A stretch of DNA of 32,000 bases from an uncultured Sterolibacterium sp. (GCA_903832735.1 CAILCO010000065.1:1350-33349), one strand, 5' to 3'; shown: positions 14,827 to 23,330, counted from the first letter of the stretch. Numbers and translations: made by a program. Notes: a model not told the origin generated them from the sequence alone.

Positions 14827-15864
14827 ATGAAAAACCTGATCATCGATATTCATGCCCACTATCTGCCCAAGCTGTTGATCGAGCGTTTCGACGCGCATGC
14901 CGCGGACTTTCCCGGCGTCGGGCTGACCAAGAACGACAAGGGCGTGATCCTGAAGTTTCCCGGCGCCGAGCCGACCCGGCCGATTTCGCCGAAGCTTTCC
15001 GACCTGGCCGAGCGCAAGTCGTGGATGCAGCAAAATGGCATCGACCATCAGCTGGTCGGCGGCTGGCTCGACAGTTTCGGCTACGAACTGCCCGCCGCCG
15101 AAGGCCTGGCCTGGAGCCGTTACATCAACGAGTGCATGTGGCAGGGTCTGGCCGACGAGCCGCGGTTCACGCCGCTGGCCACCGTGCCGCTGCAGGACGG
15201 CAAACTCGCCGCGGAAGTGCTCGAGGAAGCCATGGAGCGCGGTTTCGGTGGGATCATGATCGGCACCTTGCCGAAGGGGCAGGGCGGCAATCTCGACGAT
15301 GCCGCGCTCGATCCTTTCTGGGAAAAGGCCTCCGAATTGAAGGCCGCCGTGGTTCTGCACCCGATGTTCATCTGCGGCGAGCCGAGGCTCGCCGACTACG
15401 ATCTGGTCAATGCCATCGGCCGCCTGGCCGACACCTCGATCGCGGTGTCGCGCCTGCTCTTCTCCGGCCATATCCTCAAGTACTCGGGCATGAAGCTGGT
15501 CCTCTGCCACGGCGGCGCCGCCTTGCCCCTGGCGCTCGGCCGGCTGATCCGCAACCACGGCATCGCCCACGGCAAATATTCCGATCCGCGCAAGAACTTC
15601 GAGGCGATGTTCTTCGACTCCTGCGTTTTCGATCCGGATGCGCTCGATTTCCTCGTCAAGAAGACCGGCAACGGCCGGGTCATGATGGGCTCGGACAGCC
15701 CCTTCCCGATCGGCGATCCGGCGCCGCAGAAGGTGGTCATGGAGTGCAGCCTGGACCAGGCTGAGCGCATCGCGATACTCACCGAGACGGCGCAAAAGGT
15801 GTTCACCCTGCGTCACGATGTCTGCTGCCAGCCGATCGCCGGCGCGGCCGCCGGGAAAGCATGA
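14827..15864 (+). CDS. Amidohydrolase_2 / ACMSD-family non-oxidative decarboxylase
   Basis: MKNLIIDIHAHYLP (HxH), VLHP, LCHGGAALP, MMGSDSPFP: the ligand pattern of the ACMSD/LigW/gamma-resorcylate decarboxylase superfamily. The stop overlaps the next start (ATGA at 15861-15864). Confidence 0.9.
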   Translation: MKNLIIDIHAHYLPKLLIERFDAHAADFPGVGLTKNDKGVILKFPGAEPTRPISPKLSDLAERKSWMQQNGIDHQLVGGWLDSFGYELPAAEGLAWSRYINECMWQGLADEPRFTPLATVPLQDGKLAAEVLEEAMERGFGGIMIGTLPKGQGGNLDDAALDPFWEKASELKAAVVLHPMFICGEPRLADYDLVNAIGRLADTSIAVSRLLFSGHILKYSGMKLVLCHGGAALPLALGRLIRNHGIAHGKYSDPRKNFEAMFFDSCVFDPDALDFLVKKTGNGRVMMGSDSPFPIGDPAPQKVVMECSLDQAERIAILTETAQKVFTLRHDVCCQPIAGAAAGKA

Positions 15865-17492
15865 GCGAGGCCACGCACCGCTATCCCGACCTGCACCAGC
15901 ATCTCGACGAGTTGGCGCGGCGCGGCCGCTTGCAGGTCATCGATCGTGCCATCGACAAGGATGCCGAACTGCATCCGCTGGTGCGCTGGCAGTTCGTTGG
16001 CGGCATGGCCGAAGCCGAGCGCAAGGCCTTCCTGTTCACCAACATCGTCAATGCCCAGGGCCGCCGGTACAAGTTCCCGGTGGTCGTCGGCGCCCTGGCG
16101 GCGAACCGGGAAATCTATTCCGTCGGCATGGGTACGACGGTGGACAAGATCCAGGAGAAATGGGATCAGGCCATCGCCAATCCGATTCCGCCTCGCCTGG
16201 TCAGCCGGGCCGAGGCCGTCTGCCAGGAAGTGATTCATGAGGGCCTGGCCCTGCAGGGCGAGGGCAACGGCCTGGATATGCTGCCGATCCCGATTTCGAC
16301 GCCCGGCTTCGACAGCGCGCCGACCCTGACCGCGACCAATGTCATCACCTGCGACCCGGTCACCGGCGTGCAGAACATGGGCACCTACCGCTGCGCCCTG
16401 AAGGCGCCCGATCGTCTGGTGGTGCGCATGGCCACGAGAGTCGGCGGCGCCGGCGGCTACCTGCATTATCAGGCGTGGCAGGCGGCCGGCCACAAGACCA
16501 TGCCCTGCGCCATCGTCCTGGGTTGCCCGCCCTTCGTCGCCTTCATGGGCCCGCAGAAGCTGCCGATCGGGATGGACGAACTCGACGTCGCCGGCGGTCT
16601 GGCCGGCGAGCCTATAGAAGTGGTCATGGCGCACAGCGTCGCGCTGCGCGTGCCGGCGCAGGCCGAGATCGTGATCGAGGGACTGGTCGATCTGGAGATG
16701 CTCGAACCGGAAGCGCCGTTCGGGGAATCGCACGGCCACGTCGCCCTGGAAGAATTCAACCTGCCGATGAAGATCACGGCGATCACCCATCGCAAGCTGC
16801 CAGTGATTCCCTCGTACCTCAGCCAGGTGGCGCCCTCCGAATCCAGCGTGATCAAGCGCGTCGCTTACGAGCCGCTGTTCTTCGCACATCTGAAAACCTC
16901 CCTGGGCATTCGCGGCGTCAAGCGGGTATCGCTGCACGAGCCCTTGACCGGCCTGCTGCGCTTCACCATCATCACCTTCGAGCGGAACACGCCGCGCACC
17001 GAGATCTGGCGCGCGCTCTACGGCGCCGCGTTCTTCAAGGGCGATTGCGGCAAGATCTGCCTCGCGGTCAATGACGACATCGATCCGGACAATGCCGATG
17101 CGCTGTTCTGGGCGATGTCCTACCGGATGAATCCGGTCGATGACGTGCGCACCCTCGACCATCGCGGCCAAGGCCACGGACCGAAGCGGGAAGCCGAAGG
17201 CGAGGAGGATTCGACCCTGCTGATGGACGCCACGATGAAGGGCGACATGCCGCCGCTGGCCCTGCCGACCCGCGAGTACATGGAGCGCGCCCGGGTCCTC
17301 TGGGACGAGATGGGCTTGCCGGCGCTGCGTCCGCAGCCGCCGTGGTTCGGCTATTCGCTGGGCGACTGGCTGCCGCAATGGGATGCCGCGGCGAAGCGCG
17401 CCGCGACCGGCCACTATCTGGAAAATGGCCGCATCAGCCTTGCCGAGCAGCGCAACGACGTCAAGGCCGAATCGAAGTTTCGTCCCGCGTAG
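15861..17492 (+). CDS. UbiD-family (prenyl-FMN-dependent) decarboxylase, paralog 1 (543 aa)
   Basis: LHPLVRWQF, ISTPGFD, VQNMGTYR, EPEAPFGESHGH (compare UbiD EGPFGDHTGY), NDDIDPDNADALFWAM. ATGA overlap with the upstream gene. Confidence 0.92.
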   Translation: MSEATHRYPDLHQHLDELARRGRLQVIDRAIDKDAELHPLVRWQFVGGMAEAERKAFLFTNIVNAQGRRYKFPVVVGALAANREIYSVGMGTTVDKIQEKWDQAIANPIPPRLVSRAEAVCQEVIHEGLALQGEGNGLDMLPIPISTPGFDSAPTLTATNVITCDPVTGVQNMGTYRCALKAPDRLVVRMATRVGGAGGYLHYQAWQAAGHKTMPCAIVLGCPPFVAFMGPQKLPIGMDELDVAGGLAGEPIEVVMAHSVALRVPAQAEIVIEGLVDLEMLEPEAPFGESHGHVALEEFNLPMKITAITHRKLPVIPSYLSQVAPSESSVIKRVAYEPLFFAHLKTSLGIRGVKRVSLHEPLTGLLRFTIITFERNTPRTEIWRALYGAAFFKGDCGKICLAVNDDIDPDNADALFWAMSYRMNPVDDVRTLDHRGQGHGPKREAEGEEDSTLLMDATMKGDMPPLALPTREYMERARVLWDEMGLPALRPQPPWFGYSLGDWLPQWDAAAKRAATGHYLENGRISLAEQRNDVKAESKFRPA

Positions 17493-17521
17493 TTTCGTTC
17501 CGAACAGGCTAGAGAAAAAAT

Positions 17522-18118
17522 ATGGAAATCAATGGCGAACGGCTCATCGGCGCTGCGCAGAAAACCGTCTGGGAGGCGATCAACGATCCCGACATGCTGA
17601 AGCGCTGCATCCCAGGCTGCGAGAGCGTCGAGGGGGTCGATGAGACGCAGATGAAGGCCGTGGTGATGGCCAAGATCGGTCCGGTCCGGGCGCGCTTCAC
17701 CGGCCGCGTGAGCATGGCCGACGTCGTCGCGCCCGATTCCTGCACGCTGAATTTCGAGGGCACCGGCGGCCCGGCCGGCTTCGCCAAGGGCCAGGCCAAG
17801 GTGGCGTTGACTGCGCAGGGGCCGAGCGAAACCCTGCTGGTCTTTTCCGCCTCGGCCTCGGTCGGCGGCAAGCTCGGACAAATCGGTGCGCGGCTGATCG
17901 AGTCGGCGGCGCGGGCCATTTCCGACGAGTTCTTCAATCATCTGATGGCGCAACTGTCGCCCCAGGGTGCGGCCGCGGTAGCGGTCAGCGCCCCGGTCGA
18001 GCAGCCGCCTGAGGCGGGGGCGTCGCTGGCCGTGGATTGGAGCGCCTTGCTCGGTTCGCGCTGGGCCATCGGTCTGGGCTGCTTGGTGCTGGGATTCTTG
18101 GCTGGAAAGTTTATCTAG
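17522..18118 (+). CDS. CoxG-like SRPBCC protein with a C-terminal membrane anchor
   Basis: MEINGERLIGAAQKTVWEAINDPDMLKRCIPGCESVEGVDETQMKAVVMAKIGPVRARFTG: CoxG (carbon monoxide dehydrogenase subunit G) family. Terminal helix AIGLGCLVLGFLAGKFI. Confidence 0.85.
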   Translation: MEINGERLIGAAQKTVWEAINDPDMLKRCIPGCESVEGVDETQMKAVVMAKIGPVRARFTGRVSMADVVAPDSCTLNFEGTGGPAGFAKGQAKVALTAQGPSETLLVFSASASVGGKLGQIGARLIESAARAISDEFFNHLMAQLSPQGAAAVAVSAPVEQPPEAGASLAVDWSALLGSRWAIGLGCLVLGFLAGKFI

Positions 18119-18125
18119 GAACGCA

Positions 18126-18932
18126 ATGAACACTTCGACGACAAATCAGATTGCAGTGAACGGAATCACCGTCAGCTACGAGGTGGCAGGCTCGGGTCCC
18201 TGGTTGATCCTCAGTCACTCGCTGGGCTGCAGCAAAACGATGTGGCAGCCGCAATTCGCGGAACTGGCCAAGTCCTACCGGGTGCTCGCCTACGACACCC
18301 GCGGTCACGGCGCCAGCAGCGCGCCGCCGGGGCCATACACGCTGGACCTGCTGGCGCAGGACGTCCACGAGTTGTGCCTCGCCCTGGGCATCACCAAGTG
18401 CCATTTCGTCGGCCTGTCGATGGGTGGCATGATCGGCCAGACCGTGGCCCTGAATTATCCCGATCTGTTGTTGAGCCTGACCCTGGCCGACACCAGCAGC
18501 GCCTACGGGCCGGCGGCTTTGCCGTTCTGGCTGGGGCGGGCCCAGACCGCCCTGAGCCAGGGCATGGCGGCGCTGGTCGCGCCGTCCCTGGAGCGCTGGT
18601 TCACCGCGCCCTTCCGTGCCGCCCAGGCGGCGCTGATGGTGCAGGCCGGGCAATGGCTGCTGGACACACCGGCGGTCGGCTATGCCGCCTGCTGTCTGGC
18701 GATCGCACCGCTGGACACCACCGCGCGACTGCCGCAGATCACTGTGCCGGTGCTGGTGATCGTCGGCGCCGAGGATGCGGCGACGCCGCCTGCCGCGGCC
18801 GAACTCATCCATGCGCAAATCCCCGGTTCCCGGCTGCTCAAGCTTCCGTCTGCCGCGCATCTGTCCAGCGTCGAGCAGCCGGCGGCGTTCAATCGCGCCT
18901 TGCGGGAATTTCTGCAGAACGCCCCGGACTGA
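18126..18932 (+). CDS. Alpha/beta-fold hydrolase, 3-oxoadipate enol-lactonase (PcaD)-like
   Basis: LILSHSLGCS, YDTRGHGAS, nucleophile elbow GLSMGG, PVLVIVGAEDAATPP, AAHLSSVEQP. Confidence 0.88.
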   Translation: MNTSTTNQIAVNGITVSYEVAGSGPWLILSHSLGCSKTMWQPQFAELAKSYRVLAYDTRGHGASSAPPGPYTLDLLAQDVHELCLALGITKCHFVGLSMGGMIGQTVALNYPDLLLSLTLADTSSAYGPAALPFWLGRAQTALSQGMAALVAPSLERWFTAPFRAAQAALMVQAGQWLLDTPAVGYAACCLAIAPLDTTARLPQITVPVLVIVGAEDAATPPAAAELIHAQIPGSRLLKLPSAAHLSSVEQPAAFNRALREFLQNAPD

Positions 18933-18993
18933 AGCGTATCGCCGCCAAGGTCGCCAATAATCTCGGCGGCGGAGACGAACTTAAAGGAGCAAC

Positions 18994-20034
18994 ATGACTG
19001 GCTCATTATTGAGGAGATCCCTGTTCCTGGCGCTGGCCTGCCTGGCGCTGCAGGCCGCTGCGCAGGCGCCATCGGCGCTGCTCTATGACGGGGCCGACCG
19101 GAACGACAAGCTCGCCGCGGCGGCGGCCAAGGAAGCCACGCTGACGCTGTACACGGCATTCCGTCCGCAGGATCTGCCGGCCATACTCGGACCGTTCGAA
19201 AAGAAAACCGGCATCAAGGTCAAGGCCTGGCGTTCCGGCAGCAACAATGTGACGCAGCGGGTATTGACCGAGGCCGGCGGCAAGCGCTTCGAGGTCGATG
19301 CGATCATGATGCCGGCGCAGGAGATGGAGGCGGTGCGCCGCGAACAGATCCTTCAGCCGGTCTATTCGCCCTACCAGAAGGACCTGATGCCCGGTGCCTT
19401 GCCGGCCGATCACCAGTCGGCGACGGTGCTGATGAACGTCGTGGTCCAGGTCTACAACACCCGGCTGCTGAAGAAGCAGGATCTGCCCAGGAGCTATCAG
19501 GATCTGCTCGACCCGAAATGGAAGGGCAAGCTCGGCATCGAAGCCAAGGCCGAGGAATGGTACGCCGCGGTGGTGCTGGCGATGGGCGAGGAGAAGGGCG
19601 TCAGGATGTTCCGCGAGATGGTCGCGAAGAACGGTATCTCGGCGCGCCTGGGCGTCTCGCTGCTGAACAACCTGGTGGTCTCCGGCGAAGTGCCGCTGGC
19701 CCTGACCGTGTATATCGATCTGCCGGAAAAGGGCAAGCGCGAGGGCAAGCCGATCGACTGGTTCGGGCTCGACCCGGTGGTGGCGCACGGCTTCAATATC
19801 GCCCTGGCGCGGCGCGCGCCGCATCCGAATGCGGCGCTGTTGTTCTACGACTACATGCTCTCGCCCGAGACGCAGAAACTGCTGGCCTCGCTGCTCTATT
19901 ATCCGGCCAGCACCAAGGCGGCTTCGCAATATCCGGGGCTGCACCTCAAGGTCGTCGATCCGGTCTATGCCGTCGATAATGCCGAGAAGTGGATGAAGTC
20001 CTTCGACGATGCGGTGATCAAACAGGCCCGTTAG
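18994..20034 (+). CDS. Periplasmic ABC-type substrate-binding protein (family 1; Fe3+/polyamine-type fold) with no adjacent permease or ATPase
   Basis: AAGGAG RBS; signal peptide MTGSLLRRSLFLALACLALQAAAQA. LTLYTAFRPQDL...FEKKTGIKVK...WKGKLG is typical of FbpA/AfuA/PotD-like SBPs. Confidence 0.85.
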   Translation: MTGSLLRRSLFLALACLALQAAAQAPSALLYDGADRNDKLAAAAAKEATLTLYTAFRPQDLPAILGPFEKKTGIKVKAWRSGSNNVTQRVLTEAGGKRFEVDAIMMPAQEMEAVRREQILQPVYSPYQKDLMPGALPADHQSATVLMNVVVQVYNTRLLKKQDLPRSYQDLLDPKWKGKLGIEAKAEEWYAAVVLAMGEEKGVRMFREMVAKNGISARLGVSLLNNLVVSGEVPLALTVYIDLPEKGKREGKPIDWFGLDPVVAHGFNIALARRAPHPNAALLFYDYMLSPETQKLLASLLYYPASTKAASQYPGLHLKVVDPVYAVDNAEKWMKSFDDAVIKQAR

Positions 20035-20056
20035 AAAACCCGATACCGGAGTGAAC

Positions 20057-21829
20057 ATGAGCACCAGAAAATCTGCAGCGAAGAAAATACCGGCCGTTGC
20101 CTCGGTCTCGGCTGGAAAGAAATCCACCTCGCGCGGCTATCGCGATTTGCACGAGCATCTGGCCGAACTCGACCGTGCCGGCTTGCTGATCACAGTCGAT
20201 CGCGAGATCAACAAGGACACGGAAATGCATCCGCTGGTGCGCTGGCAATTCCGCGGCGGCATTGCCGAACCGGAGCGCAAGGCATTTCTGTTCACCAATG
20301 TGACCGACAGCAAGGGTCACAAGTACGACATCCCGGTGGTCGTGGGTGGCCTTGCGGCATCGCGGAAAATCTACAGCGTCGGCATGGATTGCGCGATTGC
20401 GGATATCGGCAAGAAATGGAGTCACGCCATTGCCCATCCGATCCTGCCCAATGTCGTGGACAGCGATGCCGCGCCCTGCCAGGAAATCGTCATCACCGGC
20501 AAGGAACTGCTCAAGCCGGGCAAGGGGCTGGACGGCATCCCGATTCCGATTTCGACGCCGGGTTGGGACAACGCGCCCTATACCACCTTGTCGCAATACA
20601 TCTCCAAGGATCCGGACAGCGGCATCCAGAACATGGGTGTCTATCGCGGCCAGGTCAAATCCCCGACGCGCCTGGGCATGAATCCCTCGCTGGAGAACCA
20701 GCCCGGTATCTACGCTCACTGGGAGAAGGCCAAGGCGCGCGGCGAGAAGCTGCCCGCCGCGGTGATCCTCGGCTGCCCACCCTGCGTGGCCTTCACCTCG
20801 GTGCAGAAATTGCCCGAGGACACCGATGAACTGCATGTCGCCGGCGGGCTGGCCGGGGCACCGATCAACGTGGTGAAGTGCAAGACCGTGGATCTCCTGG
20901 TGCCGGCCGATGCGGAAATCGTCATCGAAGGCTATATCAATACCGAATGGCTGGAACCGGAAGCGCCGTTCGGCGAATCCCACGGCCACGTGAACCTGCA
21001 GGAATTCAACGCCTACATGGAGATCACGGCGATCACACGGCGACGCGATGCGATCCTGACCTCGATCATTTCCCAGGTCACACCGTCGGAGTCCAGCCTG
21101 ATCAAGCGGGTCGCTCTGGAGCCGGTGTTCCTCAATCACTTGCAGCGGCAGTTGGGGATCAAGGGCGTGCTCAAGGTTTCGATGCACGAACCGCTGACCA
21201 ATCTGCGCAAGGTTCTGGTCGTGGTGCTCGCGCGCAAGGTGCCGCCGACCGAGGTCTGGCGCGCGCTCTATGGCGCGGCATCGCTGTTGCGCTCCGGCGG
21301 CAAGCTGGTGGTCGCGGTCAATGACGACATCGATCCCGACAATGCCGACGCGCTGCTCTGGGCGATGTGCTATCGCGCCAATTTCGCACTCGATCTGCAG
21401 ACCCTGAAGAACCGCGACCCCGGGCACGGCCCGCGCAGTCCGCGCAACAACGGCGTCGACGCCTCGCTGCTGATCGACGCCACGCTGAAGGACGACTTCC
21501 CGCCGATCGCCCTGCCGAAAAAGCAATTCATGGAAGACGCCAAGGCCATCTGGGAGGAACTGGGCCTGCCCAAGCTGAAACCCGAGGCGCCTTGGCACGG
21601 GTATTTGCTGGGCGACTGGAGCCCGCGCAACGAAGAGATGGCGCAACGGGCCGTGCGCGGCGATTACTTCATCACCGGCGAAGAAATCGCCCGGCAGCGG
21701 CGTAACGACGTGGCCATGAATACCGAGATCGATTCTCACGATGCCGTGCTCGGCGGCGGAAAAACGGCGAAAGCTTCGGCCGCGAAGAAAGCCGCGCGGG
21801 GCGCGAAGAAGCCGGGCAAAGCAAAGTAA
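20057..21829 (+). CDS. UbiD-family decarboxylase, paralog 2, with Lys/Ala-rich N- and C-terminal tails
   Basis: Same motifs as paralog 1 (MHPLVRWQF, ISTPGWD, IQNMGVYR, EPEAPFGESHGH, NDDIDPDNADALLWAM). Tails are MSTRKSAAKKIPAVASVSAGKKSTSRG and GGGKTAKASAAKKAARGAKKPGKAK. The ATG at 20057 has GGAG 6 nt upstream; the track start at 20051 is a GTG. Confidence 0.9.
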   Translation: MSTRKSAAKKIPAVASVSAGKKSTSRGYRDLHEHLAELDRAGLLITVDREINKDTEMHPLVRWQFRGGIAEPERKAFLFTNVTDSKGHKYDIPVVVGGLAASRKIYSVGMDCAIADIGKKWSHAIAHPILPNVVDSDAAPCQEIVITGKELLKPGKGLDGIPIPISTPGWDNAPYTTLSQYISKDPDSGIQNMGVYRGQVKSPTRLGMNPSLENQPGIYAHWEKAKARGEKLPAAVILGCPPCVAFTSVQKLPEDTDELHVAGGLAGAPINVVKCKTVDLLVPADAEIVIEGYINTEWLEPEAPFGESHGHVNLQEFNAYMEITAITRRRDAILTSIISQVTPSESSLIKRVALEPVFLNHLQRQLGIKGVLKVSMHEPLTNLRKVLVVVLARKVPPTEVWRALYGAASLLRSGGKLVVAVNDDIDPDNADALLWAMCYRANFALDLQTLKNRDPGHGPRSPRNNGVDASLLIDATLKDDFPPIALPKKQFMEDAKAIWEELGLPKLKPEAPWHGYLLGDWSPRNEEMAQRAVRGDYFITGEEIARQRRNDVAMNTEIDSHDAVLGGGKTAKASAAKKAARGAKKPGKAK

Positions 21830-21907
21830 TATGGAGCAGGTCGCCCTTCAGGGCGGTCATGATAAGCGCCAGAGAGGCGCCGGAGTTTAGGGGATAGGGG
21901 AGGCAAG

Positions 21908-23320
21908 ATGCAGGATAGCGCGACAGTGGGTGCCGGACAGGGCGGCGCGGCAGGCAAGTTGACGGCAGCCGCTTTGGTATTTCGACTGGAGAGCGTGCCT
22001 TTTTCCCGGTGGCACTCCAAGGCGCGAATCTTGATCGGCAGCGCGACCTTCTTCGATGCCTTCGACGCGCTGGCGCTGGCCTTCGTGTTGCCGGTGCTGA
22101 TCGGTCTGTGGAAGATCACGCCGGTACAGATCGGCTTCCTGATTGCCTCCAGCTATATCGGTCAACTGGTCGGCGCCCTGGTGTTCGGCTGGCTGGGCGG
22201 CAAATACGGGCGCATCAAGAGCATCACCGGGGCCGTCGCGATCATGTCGGTGATGTCGCTGGCCTGTGCCTGGTGCGGCAATCTGAACGCGCTCCTGGCC
22301 TGCCGTTTCATCCAGGGCATCGGCATCGGCGGCGAAATGCCGGTGGCCGCGGCCTACATCAGCGAGCTTTCCAAAGCCCAGGGACGGGGCAAATACTTCA
22401 TGCTCTACGAGATGCTGTTTCCGGTCGGTCTGATGGCGTCCGGCCAGGTCGGCGCCTGGCTGGTGCCGCAGATCGGCTGGACGATCATGTTCCTGATCGG
22501 CGGCGTCGCCGGTTGCCTGATCACCTTCTTCATCGTCCGCCTGCCCGAATCGCCACGCTGGCTGATCTCCAAGGGCCGCCTGAAGGAAGCCGACCAGGTG
22601 GTGCAGCAGATCGAGGCGAGCACCGCGAAGCGGGTCGTGCCCACGGTCGCGACCCAGGGCGCGCTCGATGCGGCAGCGGCCTTCGCCGTAGGCAATGCCA
22701 AGCAGCGGCAGGGCTGGCGTGAGCTGTTCTCGGGCTTTTATCGCAGCCGGACGCTGGTCGTCTGGGTGCTCTGGGCGGCCACTTATTTTGTCTCGAATAG
22801 TCTGAACAACTGGCTGCCGACGCTCTACAAAACGGTCTACCACCTCAATCTCCAGGATTCGCTGCGCGCGGCGTCGATGACCAACGTGGCGCAGGTGCTG
22901 ATGCTCCTGCTTTGCGCCTTCTGCATCGACCGGATCGGCCGGCGCAACTGGGTGGCGGCGTCTTTCGTGATCGGCGGCAGCCTGCTCGGCCTGCTCGGTT
23001 TCATGGGCGCGGGCAACGTCACCAGCGTGATGATCCTGGCGACGATCAGCTATGGCGTGATCGGCTCGACCGCCGCGGTGCTCTACTTATACACGCCGGA
23101 AATCTACCCGACGCGGGTCCGGGCGATCGGCACCGGCATCGCCACCTCATGGTTGCGCCTGGCCTCGGCGGTGGGACCGGCGATCGTCGGCATGTTGGTG
23201 CGCGACGAGGGCATCGATTCGGTGTTCATCATGTTTGCAGGCGTCAGTGTGGTCGGTGCGCTCGCCTCCTGTCTGATGATCGAGACCCGCCAGCGCAGCC
23301 TGGAGGAGATCGCGCCGTAA
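21908..23320 (+). CDS. MFS transporter (sugar-porter / aromatic-acid:H+ symporter-like)
   Basis: 12-TM pattern, GWLGGKYGRIKS (loop 2-3 motif), PESPRWL, YTPEIYPTRVRAIG. GGGGAGG RBS. Confidence 0.9.
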   Translation: MQDSATVGAGQGGAAGKLTAAALVFRLESVPFSRWHSKARILIGSATFFDAFDALALAFVLPVLIGLWKITPVQIGFLIASSYIGQLVGALVFGWLGGKYGRIKSITGAVAIMSVMSLACAWCGNLNALLACRFIQGIGIGGEMPVAAAYISELSKAQGRGKYFMLYEMLFPVGLMASGQVGAWLVPQIGWTIMFLIGGVAGCLITFFIVRLPESPRWLISKGRLKEADQVVQQIEASTAKRVVPTVATQGALDAAAAFAVGNAKQRQGWRELFSGFYRSRTLVVWVLWAATYFVSNSLNNWLPTLYKTVYHLNLQDSLRAASMTNVAQVLMLLLCAFCIDRIGRRNWVAASFVIGGSLLGLLGFMGAGNVTSVMILATISYGVIGSTAAVLYLYTPEIYPTRVRAIGTGIATSWLRLASAVGPAIVGMLVRDEGIDSVFIMFAGVSVVGALASCLMIETRQRSLEEIAP

Positions 23321-23330
23321 AGGCAGAGTG

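Noticed and set aside
10770-21739. Very long minus-strand ORFs opposite the operon: 10770-12203 (477 aa), 12551-14368 (605 aa), 14812-15816 (334 aa), 15813-17414 (533 aa), 17414-18133, 18111-18860, 19006-20127 (373 aa) and 20018-21739 (573 aa).
   Set aside because: These are typical GC-rich shadow ORFs. Their products are Arg/Gly/Ala/Pro/His-rich low-complexity strings with no domain motifs. Each is exactly antisense to a plus-strand gene with clear family signatures and operon-consistent spacing.
21830-21907. Short GC hairpins (GTCGCCC-ttca-GGGCGGT and GCGCC-agaga-GGCGC) between UbiD-2 and the MFS gene, as an internal attenuator.
   Set aside because: The stems are 5 bp of Watson-Crick pairs plus wobbles, with no U-tract. 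That is indistinguishable from chance in GC-rich DNA, so I treated the MFS gene as part of the operon.
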